A stretch of DNA of 60,884 bases, the filler included, from Jimgerdemannia flammicorona (Eukaryota), in assembly GCA_003990765.1 (NCBI GenBank). It is 3 parts of 3 records of this genome, joined end to end, with 100 filler letters (N's around TTAATTAATTAA, not from the genome) between each part and the next. Parts side by side here need not be neighbours in the genome. Positions count along the whole stretch, not along the records: positions 1 to 20,231 come from RBNJ01001729.1; positions 20,332 to 40,558 come from RBNJ01001730.1; 1 more part is not named here. One strand, written 5' to 3'. The notes beneath the pieces are model-generated. The model ran no database searches and was not told the DNA's origin. It saw only the letters and a list, made by a program, of their open reading frames with translations. A program made the translations under genes and the position numbers. Below are positions 14,401 through 25,680 of this stretch, one piece after another; position 1 is the stretch's first letter, and the number at the start of each line of letters is the position of its first letter.

Positions 14401-17211
14401 ATTAGTGGCACTTCTGGGGAGATGGGCAGGATTGCTGGAGGAGTAGAGAGCAGCAGATTGGAGAATTCAGTAGATATGTAAGAAAGTTGATAAGTTAAAG
14501 GAAGTACTATGAATGGAGAAAGAGGTTCAGTTGAAGGAGATGGTGGCAAGGTTGTGGTGGCAGATTTTAGAGGAGGGAGAGAGATCCACCAGATTTCTTT
14601 CACAGTTGTTTCAGGTTTGGAGAACTAGACAGTGGTAGGAGGGATTCTGGATGAAGATAGAGTGATGGTGGCAGAGACTCCTAAGATTCTAGGAGTGCTG
14701 AGGATTCATTGGGGGAATTTATGGAGTGAGGAAGAAGGGGGAGAGGATACCCTGAACATTGAACAGCAGTTGGAGAATTGGTATCTGGACCCAGCTCTGG
14801 GCCTGGAGACACTGGAAGATCTAGTGAGAGGAGAGAAAGTATATAAAGTATTGGCTTCAATAAGCAAAGAGACTGCTCTGGGAGAGGATGGGCTTCCCTG
14901 GAATTTTTGGAAGAAGATAGTTGGGGTGGAAGTGGTATTGGAGGAGATGTTGGTAATGTATGATGAGGTTCTTCGATCTGGATCATAGATTGGAGGCCAG
15001 TACATAGGGCTGGTCTCATTGCTCTATAAGGATAAGAGGAGAAGAGAAGATTAGAAGAACTGGTGACTGATCATGCTCCTTGACATAGACTGCAAGCTAG
15101 TGACAAAGATCTTAGTGACTAGACTGCAGAGGATCACTCAGCAGGTACTAGGAGTGAAACAGAGGGAATTTGTTGGTGGATGGTTGATCTGAGATGGAAC
15201 TACCTAGGTCCATGAGGTGATTGAAGGAGCTTAGATAGCTGGGGTTGATGGCCAGTTAGTGTTTCTAAATCAGAAGAAGGTATATAATAGAGTGAGGAGA
15301 GTCTGGCTGGAGGAGGTGCTGAAATAGGTGGGAGTTCCCCCAGAGTTCAGAAGGTTACTAATCAGTCTATTGGAGAACAATCAAGCAGTATTGATAGTGA
15401 ATAGGCACAGAGGTGTGACTTTCCCACTAGGTCATAGGGTGCCACAAAGAGATTCTTTGTTACCCATCTTATATGTCTTTTCCTTGGAGCCCCTATTGGA
15501 CAGGATCAGACATCGAATTGGGGGTTTGGACATTTTAGAAATTAACTAGAAAGTGGGGGCCTTTGTGGATGATATAGTGGTTGGACTGAGTTCATTGGCA
15601 GATGTGGAGGAATTATGAAGGTCTGTAGAATGGTATGAGAGAGGCTCAGATACCAAACTCAACTGGTATAAATGTGAGACTCTGGTGCTAGGTGGCAGAA
15701 TAGTTGATGGTAATGTGATTGGAATAGTGGTGCCAGCAGGAGAACTGGTCCAGTATTTGGAGATCTACTTTTTAGTATATGGGTCTTTCTTGCCCCATGC
15801 ATGGTGGGAATAGTGGCTTCTAGTATGGAGAAATATGCTCTTGAGATGGGGTAGTCAGTATATATTCTTAGCAGGAAGGGTGATAGTACTGAATGTATAT
15901 TAGCTGCCAAAGCTGTAGTATGTAGAGTATTATCTAGACTTCCCAGCATAGGTGGTCAGGTGACTTCTAAAGATGGCAAGATCATGGATCTGGGCTGAGT
16001 GGTGAAGTCAGATTGGATGAGAGGTCCTGACTCTGCCTGTTGACAGAGGTGGGCTAGGCTTAGTGGACTTTACTAAATGCCTTCACTGCCTGAGGGTATA
16101 GTGGCTAAAGAGGACAAGTGAGTTGAGGGGCCAGGAGTGGGTACCACTCATACAGAGAGTATGGAAAGTCTAGTATTCCCCTTGCAGAGTAACTGGTAAT
16201 CTGTTTGCAATGGTGGCCCTGGATGGGAGCAGGAGGCTGTAGTATAAAGGCTTTTAGTGAGAAGTGGTGAATGGTGCAAAAAGAATTGGACTTTGGTAGC
16301 AGAGTGATAAGAGGGAGGAGGACTGAGGCCCACAGATATGGAGATAGGACAGGCTATTGCTGGGAGATATATTGGTGGAGAATTTCTAGCTTGGCAATAG
16401 AATGGATTGTATGTGAGGTCTAAGAGGGGGAATCTATGGCCTGTAGCATAGTAGAGAGTGGGGATTGGTGAGGAGTGGAACTGGAATAGTCTTTGGCCTT
16501 GAAGTAAGCAGATAATGCAGTAGCTTTCCTCTAAGTTCTGAGTAATATGGTAGAGGTTTCTGAGATGGAATGTAATGCTAAACTATTGGTCTGGATACTT
16601 AGTGGTGGATGGTATATTTGAGTGTAAGGAATGTATAGATATTGGCCAGGAGGGGAGAGTGGTACAAATACCTGAACATTGGCTTGGTGAGTGTGAAGTC
16701 CTGGGGGAGTTTTGGTACTATATTACAAACTAGTTAGGACTGCAGGCCCTGGTAGGGGAAGAAGAGGGGAGATGGGGGGAACTCTGCCAAAGGCTAGTGA
16801 GCAGGGTTGGAGATAAATAGTTGACCTTAGGCTGGGTTCTGGAAATTTGAATTGGGCTGACCAGGTATTGATTGTATATATTTGAGGAGAGCCAGCAGGT
16901 TGAGGTTGGGGCTAAGGTGGTAAGATGAGAATGGTTAATACTTGACATTTTGAATAGCTGGTAGTGAGGGTGGGGGCCAGGTAGGGGGAGTCAACAGAGT
17001 TTGGTGAATTGTATTTGCTGAAAAAGTAGAGGGAGAGTTCAGATAGTAGGTGGCTGAGTTATTCTTCAATAGAGAGAAATGGAGGGTGAAGAAAGAGATC
17101 CAAAGAGTATTGGGTGAGGGGTGGGGGGTGAAATTATATTATTATTTATAGATTATATTAATAAAGGGAAGTCTGAGTGACTATAAAAAAAAAAAAAAAA
17201 AAAAAAAAAAA
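11463..17211 (+). mobile_element. Full-length degenerate L1/Tx1-like LINE (copy B) with 27-nt poly(A) and 13-bp TSD
   Basis: ORF1 homologous to copy A (12452-13045 ORF). ORF2 from ATG 13493 (MNSITRIFSLNVNGL, FLLQDIQ, LGGDFN, AFVDD, EHWLGEC). Poly(A) 17185-17211. TSD (T/C)AGCTTCCAGACT at 11450-11462 and 17212-17224. Confidence 0.92.
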
Positions 17212-17212
17212 C

Positions 17213-17560
17213 AGCTTCCAGACTCATCAAGTATGTAATAGACTTCAGAGTGAGATGATAAATCATATATCATAGGATGACTTCCAAGCTCATTAAGTGT
17301 GGGTAACAGACTTCAGGATAGGGTAGTAAATTATATATTGTGAGATGACTTCTAGGCTTATTGAGTATAGAGAGCAGTAAATTATATATTACAAAATGGC
17401 TTTCAGACTCATTGAGTGTAGATAACAGGTTTTAGGATAGAGTAGCAAATTATATATCATGGGTTGATAAATTGTATATTGCAGATTAGTAAATCATATA
17501 TTGTTAAAAGTTAGATAATAATAGTTTATATATCATCAAAAGTTGGATAATGATAGTTCA
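17213..17560. repeat. Degenerate ~65-70 bp tandem repeats inside the TRIM-like element (also 11320-11462, split by the LINE)
   Basis: Recurring GCTTCCAGACTCATTGAGTGT..ACAGACTTCAGGATAGGGTAGCAAATTATATAT motif. Confidence 0.7.
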
Positions 17561-17630
17561 TATCAGTTGTTTATTATTTAGCTTGAAAGTGAGAGATTCA
17601 TCTTGAATCATCAACTAATAGACATTAAGT

Positions 17631-17962
17631 TGTAATATAACAGATATATAATCAGAGAAATACAGTAGATTTCTATAACTCTTCTTGACTCCTCAGAGTC
17701 ATAAATGGTATCTGTCTGATCTCATTATCAGACTACTAGAAAATTTTTTAACCTAAGATTTATTCACTCTAAATACTGGAATATTTATATAAATTTACTA
17801 GCTATAAGGTGGCTAAGTTATGACTACATTTCCTATAAGTCACTTTTATAAGTATAGATCCTCTATATCTATAAAATCTTTACATTTGTAAAGTTTCTAC
17901 ATTTGTGAAATAACTATGATTATATATCTATTTCCTATTTTTATTTTATACTATATATCATA
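17631..17962 (-). repeat. LTR (5' LTR) of TRIM-like element
   Basis: Colinear with 10755-11103. Confidence 0.85.
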
Positions 17963-18624
17963 TTACTTAATTTCTTACTTTATAGATAAGCTCTAAACTA
18001 GATTATAACTCTTAGGGCTATAATATAAACAAATTTGCCTACAATATATATATATATAATTTTTATTTGAAAAAAATTTTATAATTTAAAAATATTAAAA
18101 AATTAACTTTTTAAAAAAATATTTTTATTAAAAATTTATAATAAATATAGTCAAAAAAAAAAGGATTAAAAATATATAGCCTATCAGATAAAAAATGATA
18201 AATAATAAAAGATAATAAAGACAAAGAATGATGAGAGTAAAATATAATAAGATAGTAAAAAATAATAAGAGAAAAATAATAATATATTAAATCTAAAATT
18301 ACAATAGCTCAGATTATAACAGCATGATAGCTTTGTAGTAACTTTGTAATGACTTTGTATATAATATATTATTAATTATTTATTAAATATGTTTATAGAA
18401 ATATTTATATAAAAATCAAACATAATTTTTCTAGTAATTATTAGTAATTAGAAAACTTTGAACTATATTCTTAAAGAAACCAAACCTATTATAATATTAT
18501 TTAATTTAATATATTTATAAATATATATTAAATAAAGATGAAAGAAACCTTTTCAAATTAATCTAGATCTATCTTTTATAAACTTTAATAGTTTTTATCT
18601 CTTAGTTTTGCCTGCAAATTTCGC

Positions 18625-18671
18625 CACGTGATTCACGTGATAGAATTAGCTCATTGGTCAAAATGCACGTG
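18625..18671. promoter_or_regulatory. Cluster of three CACGTG(AT) E-boxes plus a CCAAT box, ~0.8 kb upstream of the PAQR gene
   Basis: CACGTG at 18625, 18634 and 18666, each followed by AT; ATTGG at 18653. Confidence 0.5.
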
Positions 18672-19480
18672 ATACAATCAATGGTATCCTCTCTTTCCAG
18701 CATGAAACAGATTGACTATACGTTTCCAATGTGGACGTCGCTCATGTCCAGCAACATCGCTTTGTACGGAGCCGAGACAGCCTTGAGGATGGGTTAGCTA
18801 TCGAAGTTCGGTGTTGTGAAAGTCCAGATGCCCATCTATAAATACGGGATCTATAAATACGGGAGCACTCTGATTAAGCATAACGGAAACGTGATAATAC
18901 GTTGATGGAAAGTTGGTTGATGCTGACGGAATGATGTCGCCCATCCACAAGCGTTTTTGCTCTGGAATAAAAGCAAAGTGACGGAGTTGAGATCTGCGAC
19001 TCGGATCAGTGTCATTGTTCCAATGTGTCAAACGCTACACCTATTATCCCGCTCGTTTGAACCTAAAAATAACAATTGGACCACTACTCCCACTCGTTCT
19101 CCATCATGTCGTGTGATGCGGAGCTAATTGGCCGTAATCAACACTCATTGGTGATCGGATCGACGTCGGTAAATGTTTTGCCGGATGCCGTCACCCTGAG
19201 CCCTATCTTGATATATTCTGCATATTCACTTGCTTATGTAGATCTATGTATATCTCATGAGCAGCCAAGAAAACGTACAAAACCAGCCATTTGGACTCGT
19301 GACAGAGCGATGACCGCGTGTGTTGCTGGCTCGTGCTCCAGCATCTCAGTCTAACCAGTCAAAAAACCCCCGCTTAGCTATCTGTGCCTCCTCTTCCCTT
19401 CCATTCCTTAACCCCTCCCGCCGTAACCCCCCCCCTTCCCTCCACACCCCCACACCACACATCCCATTTTCTGCGGCATA

Positions 19481-20140
19481 ATGGAAAACTTTATTCAATT
19501 AAATAAGCCCGGTCTCAACAACCAAGGCACCATTGACGTTGAGGCTTTCCTGACTGCGCGTCTCGACTCGGTCCGCGCCAAGATCAAGGCCCAGCTCTCG
19601 TCCTTCGATCAGAGGGCTTGGACCTTCGACGCCGCCTTCTACGAGGAGCGAGTCAGCGCCACCCTGCGAAAGATGAAGGAGGCCTATGCCGTGCTGGAGA
19701 AGCTTGACCTGGACCTCCAGCAACGGGTCGATCATGCCCTCGACATCCTCGAGGAGCGCTACGACAGCCTGACCTACTCCCTCCCGCATATTAACGCCAA
19801 ATCTCTGCCCTTCCTCGAGCGCCTCGACGCCGCCGTCCATATTCTCGAGCAGAAATACGAGGAACTCGAGTGCGCCAATCTAGACAGGTTCGAGCGCGCC
19901 GTCGACGGGGCCATCGATGCCACCATGCGCAAGATCGAGGAGGTCGATGAGCGGATATCTGAGGCAGTTGAGAGCGCGAACATGCAGTACGGCGCGATAA
20001 AGAAAGGGGTCAACGATAAGATCTTGCAGGCGGCAGAAACGGCGCACACACACGTCGACGCGATTAAGGAGGCAGCGATCGAGGGAGCAAAGCGGTTACT
20101 GAAGTATGACGAGCTGCCGGAGGATTGGCAACATAATCAG
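19481..20140 (+). CDS. PAQR / hemolysin-III / IZH-like membrane receptor, first exon only (rest lost in the gap)
   Basis: GC-rich, codon-biased ORF ending ..KRLLKYDELPEDWQHNQ, the typical PAQR pre-TM motif (LL.Y.ELP.W..N.YI), followed by an in-phase GTACAT donor at 20141. Confidence 0.8.
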
Positions 20141-20231
20141 GTACATTGCACGTTTGTTTTAACCTTTGTATGTGTAAGCGGAGTTGGGCCAAGTTTCTCT
20201 TTCTCTCGCTCTCTCTCTCTCTCTCTCAAAA

Positions 20232-20331
20232 NNNNNNNNNNNNNNNNNNNNNNNNNNNNNNNNNNNNNNNNNNNNTTAATTAATTAANNNNNNNNNNNNN
20301 NNNNNNNNNNNNNNNNNNNNNNNNNNNNNNN
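20232..20331. other. Assembly gap with artificial TTAATTAATTAA linker
   Basis: 100-nt N-run with a six-frame-stop linker at 20276-20287. Confidence 0.97.
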
Positions 20332-20965
20332 AAATAGCCAATGTCCCACCAGACCCACCCAAACTACTATCACTCACCCCCTCCCACCAGCCGAGATCTC
20401 AAGTCCTCCCAGTGATCCCCTTCACCTGCTGGCCTGCACTCCACCCCTAGTCTATTCTCTATCTCAACCCAAAAGTCCCCCAAAACCTCACACTCCCCCA
20501 GCCAATATTCCAGCATCTGTACCAAACCCCCAACTTGTCCTACATTATAATACTCCTCATAATCAAAACAGCCACCATCCACCAGATACCCAGTGTGGAA
20601 ATTCAGCATGACATTTCTCTACAGCATTCTCCACCATACCACCCAGAACTTGGGGGGAGGCCACTGCTGCACTTCAGCACTCTAAGACCAGATACCAGCC
20701 CAGTCCCACTCCTTGCCAATCCCGACTACCAGCCAACCACTTGGCCAAAGGTCTTGGCCAAGACCCTGCTGACACTCCACTCTATCCCCAATATCAAAAG
20801 TAACAAGTAGAGTACCCCCCAAAAGCAGTCTATCCCATCACCACATACGAGGACCCCACAACCCCTCCCCCTTATTGCCTTGCCAGTGTAGACCAATTCA
20901 GTACACTCCATTTACCACTCCCCACCAAAAGCCCTTAAATCGCAGCCACTGAATTCCATGAAGCC
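20332..20965 (-). mobile_element. LINE fragment (copy C, 3' region of ORF2, 5'-truncated)
   Basis: QMLEYWLGECEVLGDFW..WEDLRSRLVGG is homologous to copy A 107-517. Confidence 0.8.
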
Positions 20966-20969
20966 CTAT

Positions 20970-22745
20970 CAGAGAGTTCACTTTATTACCAATCAGTCTA
21001 TGTTATACTAATATAGATGAACCCCTCTCTAATCTCACAAGGAGCTCCTCCCCCCTTTCCATCACCCTAAAAAGTTACTATCCCCCCTGCCACCCCAATT
21101 CTCTCCCCACTCTGTCTGTAAATCTTCTCTACAAGTCTTCTATAGAGCTTCCCTCTAGGATCCCACCCCTACTACTAACTATTCAAAAGCTCTAATATCA
21201 ATCATTCCTATCTCACAACTCACATTCTAAGTACTAATCTCTGACCATCCTCAAATACATATAGCCAATATCTGATAAGTCCAATTCAAATAGTCAGAAC
21301 CCACTCAATAGTTAACTACTTATTACTAACTCCTCTCACCAGCCTCCTCCAGAGATCATCCCACCTCCTATCCACTACCAGCCCAGGTAGGTTAACCACT
21401 ATCTGACTCTTGATTACTCTTCAAAAGACTCCCATTACCTCATATACCCCCAGCCAGTACTCAGGGATCTGTACTACTCCTCTCTCTTGTCTAACATTAA
21501 GGTACTCCTAATACTCCAAGATACTCCCTTCCACCAGATATCCTGACCAAAAGTTCAATATCATATTGTACCTCAAGAACCTCTACCATACTATTTAAAA
21601 CTTAGGAGAGATCTACTGTATCACTTGCTTGCTCTATGATCAAATGCTATTTCAGTCTCACTCTTTACCAATCTCCACTCTCTGCTAAGCTTCTAATCAC
21701 AAATTCCTCCCATGCTCTCAAAGATACTCTATACTATCCTCTAAACTGAAGTTATCCACTAGTATGCCCCTCAACAGAAGCTAGTCCCATCTCTATATCT
21801 AGAGTCCTCAGTCTATCTCTCCCTTATCACTCTACCATTAGAGGTCAATATATTGAGCTCCATTAACCACTCCCTACCAGAAACTTCTAAAGCATATCTT
21901 CTGACTCTCCTCTAGTGCTACTAGAGAAAGCAAGTCACCAGATATACTATGGAAAGAAAACTGTACCTCCCATATCTGCTGTATAAGAGATATTTACTCT
22001 CAATCTCTCAACTCACTAACTTGCTTCAGTCACCATATCTATAAGTAGTGTAGGTGCTTGGTAAAGTCTACCAGACCCTGCTCCCTCTAGTCTATCAGTA
22101 ATATCAATATCTCTCAATCAATCTGACTCTACTACCCTACTCATATTCAGATTCTAATTATCTTTAATAACCTCTTAATCACTTATACCAGAAAGTCTAA
22201 GTGATATCCCAGATACCACAACTTAGGCAGCTAATATATATTTAACACTATCACTCTTTCTGCCAGAGAGATATAACTGCCACCTCACTCAAGGAGCATA
22301 TTCCCCCACTCTATCAGCCATTACTTCCACTATCTCCTAGATAGTAGGGAACCATACATATGCTGAGAAGTAGATCTCCAGATAGCAAACCACTTCTCTT
22401 ACTGAAATAACTGTTCTAATCTTATCCCCACCCATTATCTCTCTATTTAGTACCAGAGTCTCACACTTATACTAGTTAAGCTTAGTATCAGAGCACTCTT
22501 CATACCATTCTACTGCTCTCTTCAATATTGCTACATCCTTTACAGAGTCCAGCCCAACTACTATATTATCAGCAAAGGCCCCTATTTTCCAATTTACTCT
22601 AAGAATGTTCAACCTTCCCACCTTATACCTAATCTTGTCCAATAGAGACTCTAGGAAGAGGATATAAAGAATTAGTAATAGCAGATCTCCCTGTAGTACT
22701 TCTCTACTTAGGGGGGATGAAATCTCTCTGTATTTATTTATCACA
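20970..22745 (-). mobile_element. LINE fragment (copy D, RT C-terminal half to 3' end, 5'-truncated)
   Basis: QGDLLL..WKIGAFADN (22472-22744). 3' end with minus-strand AATAAA near 20977 resembles the start of copy A. Confidence 0.82.
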
Positions 22746-25680
22746 GTTGAACTACTAGTAGTAGAGTTACTGATATGCCTTAAGATACTAGTGCAGAGTG
22801 TGGTGGTGTTCTTTAAGTCTGAGTGAGTTGCTGGAGTAACTGTTATAGATCTAGTATGAGGGTCTGATAGATAACTATCTATTATTCTATAGGTGTATTT
22901 TATTCTAAGGTAAGTATATCTCCTTTGGTAGTATATCTAGAATTTTATTTAATAAGATACTCCTCCTCTTCTTTGCTTTGGTCTTCATGTAGCTGAGTTT
23001 ATTCTATATCAAAATAGATAATATCAGTTATATATATACAAGATTTCAAATAGGTTTAAATCAAAAGCTGTTTCTAGTTCTGCTTCAAATTCAGATAGAG
23101 TTCAAGCTGGGCCTGCTTCTAGCTCAGGGTCTGGTTGTTGATGAAGGATTTCTCTGGCTTCTTCTTTAAGAATTTAGTAGGCCTTAAAATTCTGAAAATA
23201 ATAGTATAGAGCAGTCTTAGTCCTAGTAAAGTGATAGTCAGTAGAGTTGAGCTACTTGGCTACAGAGACTTAGACTTTATAAGAAACTAAGGCTAGGAAG
23301 ACAGCTGCTGGTTATCCTAGATTACTTGGTTTTGTAGAGCTTATAAAACTCTTATTAAGAAGAGTAAAGAAGGCTTCTATAAGACCTTCTTCATCTTGAC
23401 TTATAGAGTATAGAGCAAGAAGTTTAGTAATTAGAGTTTTGCCTATCCGCTGATTTAATTGGAGTACTTCTTTATATATATAAAGCTTGTCCCACTTATT
23501 ACAGGTATAGAGGTCTAATTGTCCTTATATATTAGGTTTAATTTGCTCCAGATTGTCAGATGGTTCAGAATAAATTCTAGTTTAGTGATTGGACTTTATA
23601 CTAACTTGTAGAAATTTTTATAAAGGATTGTAGCTAAGTGAGAAAGCATTTTGAAGTAGAAATAGATTGTAAACTGCTACTACTAAGTTATAAGAGTACT
23701 TTGTTATAGTACTATTATATAGTTCTGAAAGAGTTTTCTAGAAGTTCTGAATATTCTGAAAGACTATGTTCTTAAGATCAAGATCAATTTCATATAGAGC
23801 ATGCCCTCTATACTTATTGATTTTAAGATTATATTGATATCTTAACCAAAATCCTTTTTTGGGCTTATTCTAAATATTGAGAATATTCCTTATTTCAGAA
23901 AGTTCAAGAAACTAAGACCAGCTTAGTTAAATTGATATATTGCTATAGTCAATACTTAGTTAGAAAATTTCAAGATCTAGATAGGAGTGAGATCTATTAT
24001 AAGTAGTATGAGTTTACTTAAGAGTAATTTGTGAGTTATTAAATAGATTTATTCAATATTTATGATATTACTATTAGCTATTACTAGGAGTAGTGTGTGA
24101 AGGAATATTTGTATAGAGAAGTGTTCTTGACTATTTATATCTGAATTTCTGAGGTCTGGAGAGGAGGTATTTATATTAATGGAAGGCTATCTAGACTATA
24201 CTAAATATGAGTATAACACTTTAATGCTTAATGAGTCAGAATATAGTCATGTAGTATAAATATAAACTGATATATCAAGAGATCAACTGACTGCTGAGTC
24301 AGTATATAGTTATATAATATAAGGCTAATATAACTATACTAATACTTCTAAGCTATTTATAGATTTATAAACTATCTAAATATTCTCCAATAAGGTCACT
24401 ATTGATAATATTATCTTTAATGAAGTAGTCATCAAGAAAGAGTGGTTCTTGGATTATATCTCTCTATTTATTCAAATAGTAATATATTAGAACTAGATTG
24501 CCATCTTACAGAATAGTATCATCTGTTTCATATACTAGATATAGTGTTAGTAGGCAAAGAAGGGGTATATTGTCTTTACTTTCATCAGATTTGCAATTAA
24601 CATACCTTCAGTAAGTTATAGTACTATATATTATAAATTTTAGTAAGTTGGTAGCTATTTTTCATATTGCCCATATCTGAGAGATGGGGTAGTTGGTTCT
24701 ATCTCAAGAGTTGTCTGGAGGTAGATTGTGTTCTCTAGTCTCTTCTTTATAGTTAAAGTAGTCAGATATGAATGCAGATTAATACTTATATCAGTGGTCT
24801 TTATTCCAATAGGTCTCATAAACAGTTATGAACTATTACAAGTTCATCAGCAAGATTGGCAGAGATCCTTGGCTGAGGGTTATATTAGTGTCAGAGGAAT
24901 CATTGTCTCCAACTTCATTATTATCAAACTAGATTATATTATAAATATCTTTTATGATATATTCAACTTAAGGTATTTGCAGGATATAGTTATCTGAATA
25001 CAGAAAGGATCTATCTGTGGTTTGAGTATACTTGATATATTTGTGATTGAGTTCTTATACTATGTCATCAATTTGGTCATTAGTTAGAGTAGTAACTATT
25101 TCAGCCATAGTAACTCAGAGGTAAAGAATAAAGGTATTATACTCATAAAAGAGTTCTTAATATTTATAGGTAATGAGTTTTTGATGTTGAGATATTTCAG
25201 CTATATTATAGTAATAGTTAATCATATCTTTTAGGAAATAGCTAATCTGATAATAGCTTGAGATTTGTCTAATTTGATGGATCTCACTAAGTATATTCAG
25301 AGCATTCTATCAGACTTCTATAAAATAGAGAGGTACTAGGCTATAGATATTTATGAGGAGCAGAGTGCTGTAGCTTGGTTGACAAATAACATTCTAAATA
25401 TCAGTATAGATATAGTTATAGATTCTAGTAATCATAGCTGGATATATGTTCAAGAGTTGTAGTTATTGTTTTGGTTTATTATGGTTCTCTATTTTGATAT
25501 ATTATATATTTAGTATATATACTTTCAATACTGATTGAAAAGATTCTGTTTTCATATATCTTATATTTTATGACTTTGAGTTGACTCAGCTTTGTAATCT
25601 TGTATATAATTTCTGAATTTGTTCTAAAGGTGATATGTGATTTTGGTAGCTTAGAGATTGTGTACTTATATATATATATA
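22746..25680 (-). mobile_element. Decayed minus-strand retroelement-like segment: gag-N-terminus-like ORF relic (~23600-22760) preceded by an unidentified ORF relic (~25108-23900)
   Basis: Stop-riddled but coding-like frames. QQPDPELEAGPA*TLSEFEAELETAF weakly resembles QPDQPDNIGGPAGDFEELAQELEDLI in the gag of the 29133-39441 element. Identity is not established. Confidence 0.4.

Larger units (their letters stand above)
10755..17962 (-). mobile_element. Non-autonomous TRIM-like LTR element (~1.45 kb without the nested LINE), 4-bp TSD TTAC
   Basis: Direct repeats 10755-11103 and 17631-17962, both starting TGTAAT and ending (T/C)ATA (decayed CA). TTAC flanks both ends (10751-10754, 17963-17966). 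Purine tract AGAGAAAAGA abuts the left LTR on the minus strand (PPT). No coding capacity seen inside apart from the LINE. Confidence 0.8.

Noticed and set aside
20276..20287. TTAATTAATTAA palindrome inside N-runs (also 40603-40614)
   Set aside because: Artificial six-frame-stop scaffold linker. Adjacency and distance across these gaps cannot be trusted, so the PAQR and GPI genes are not called truncated pseudogenes.
24421..24450. FLDDY on the minus strand as an RT catalytic motif (DIRS/Ngaro)
   Set aside because: No other RT motifs at the expected spacing.
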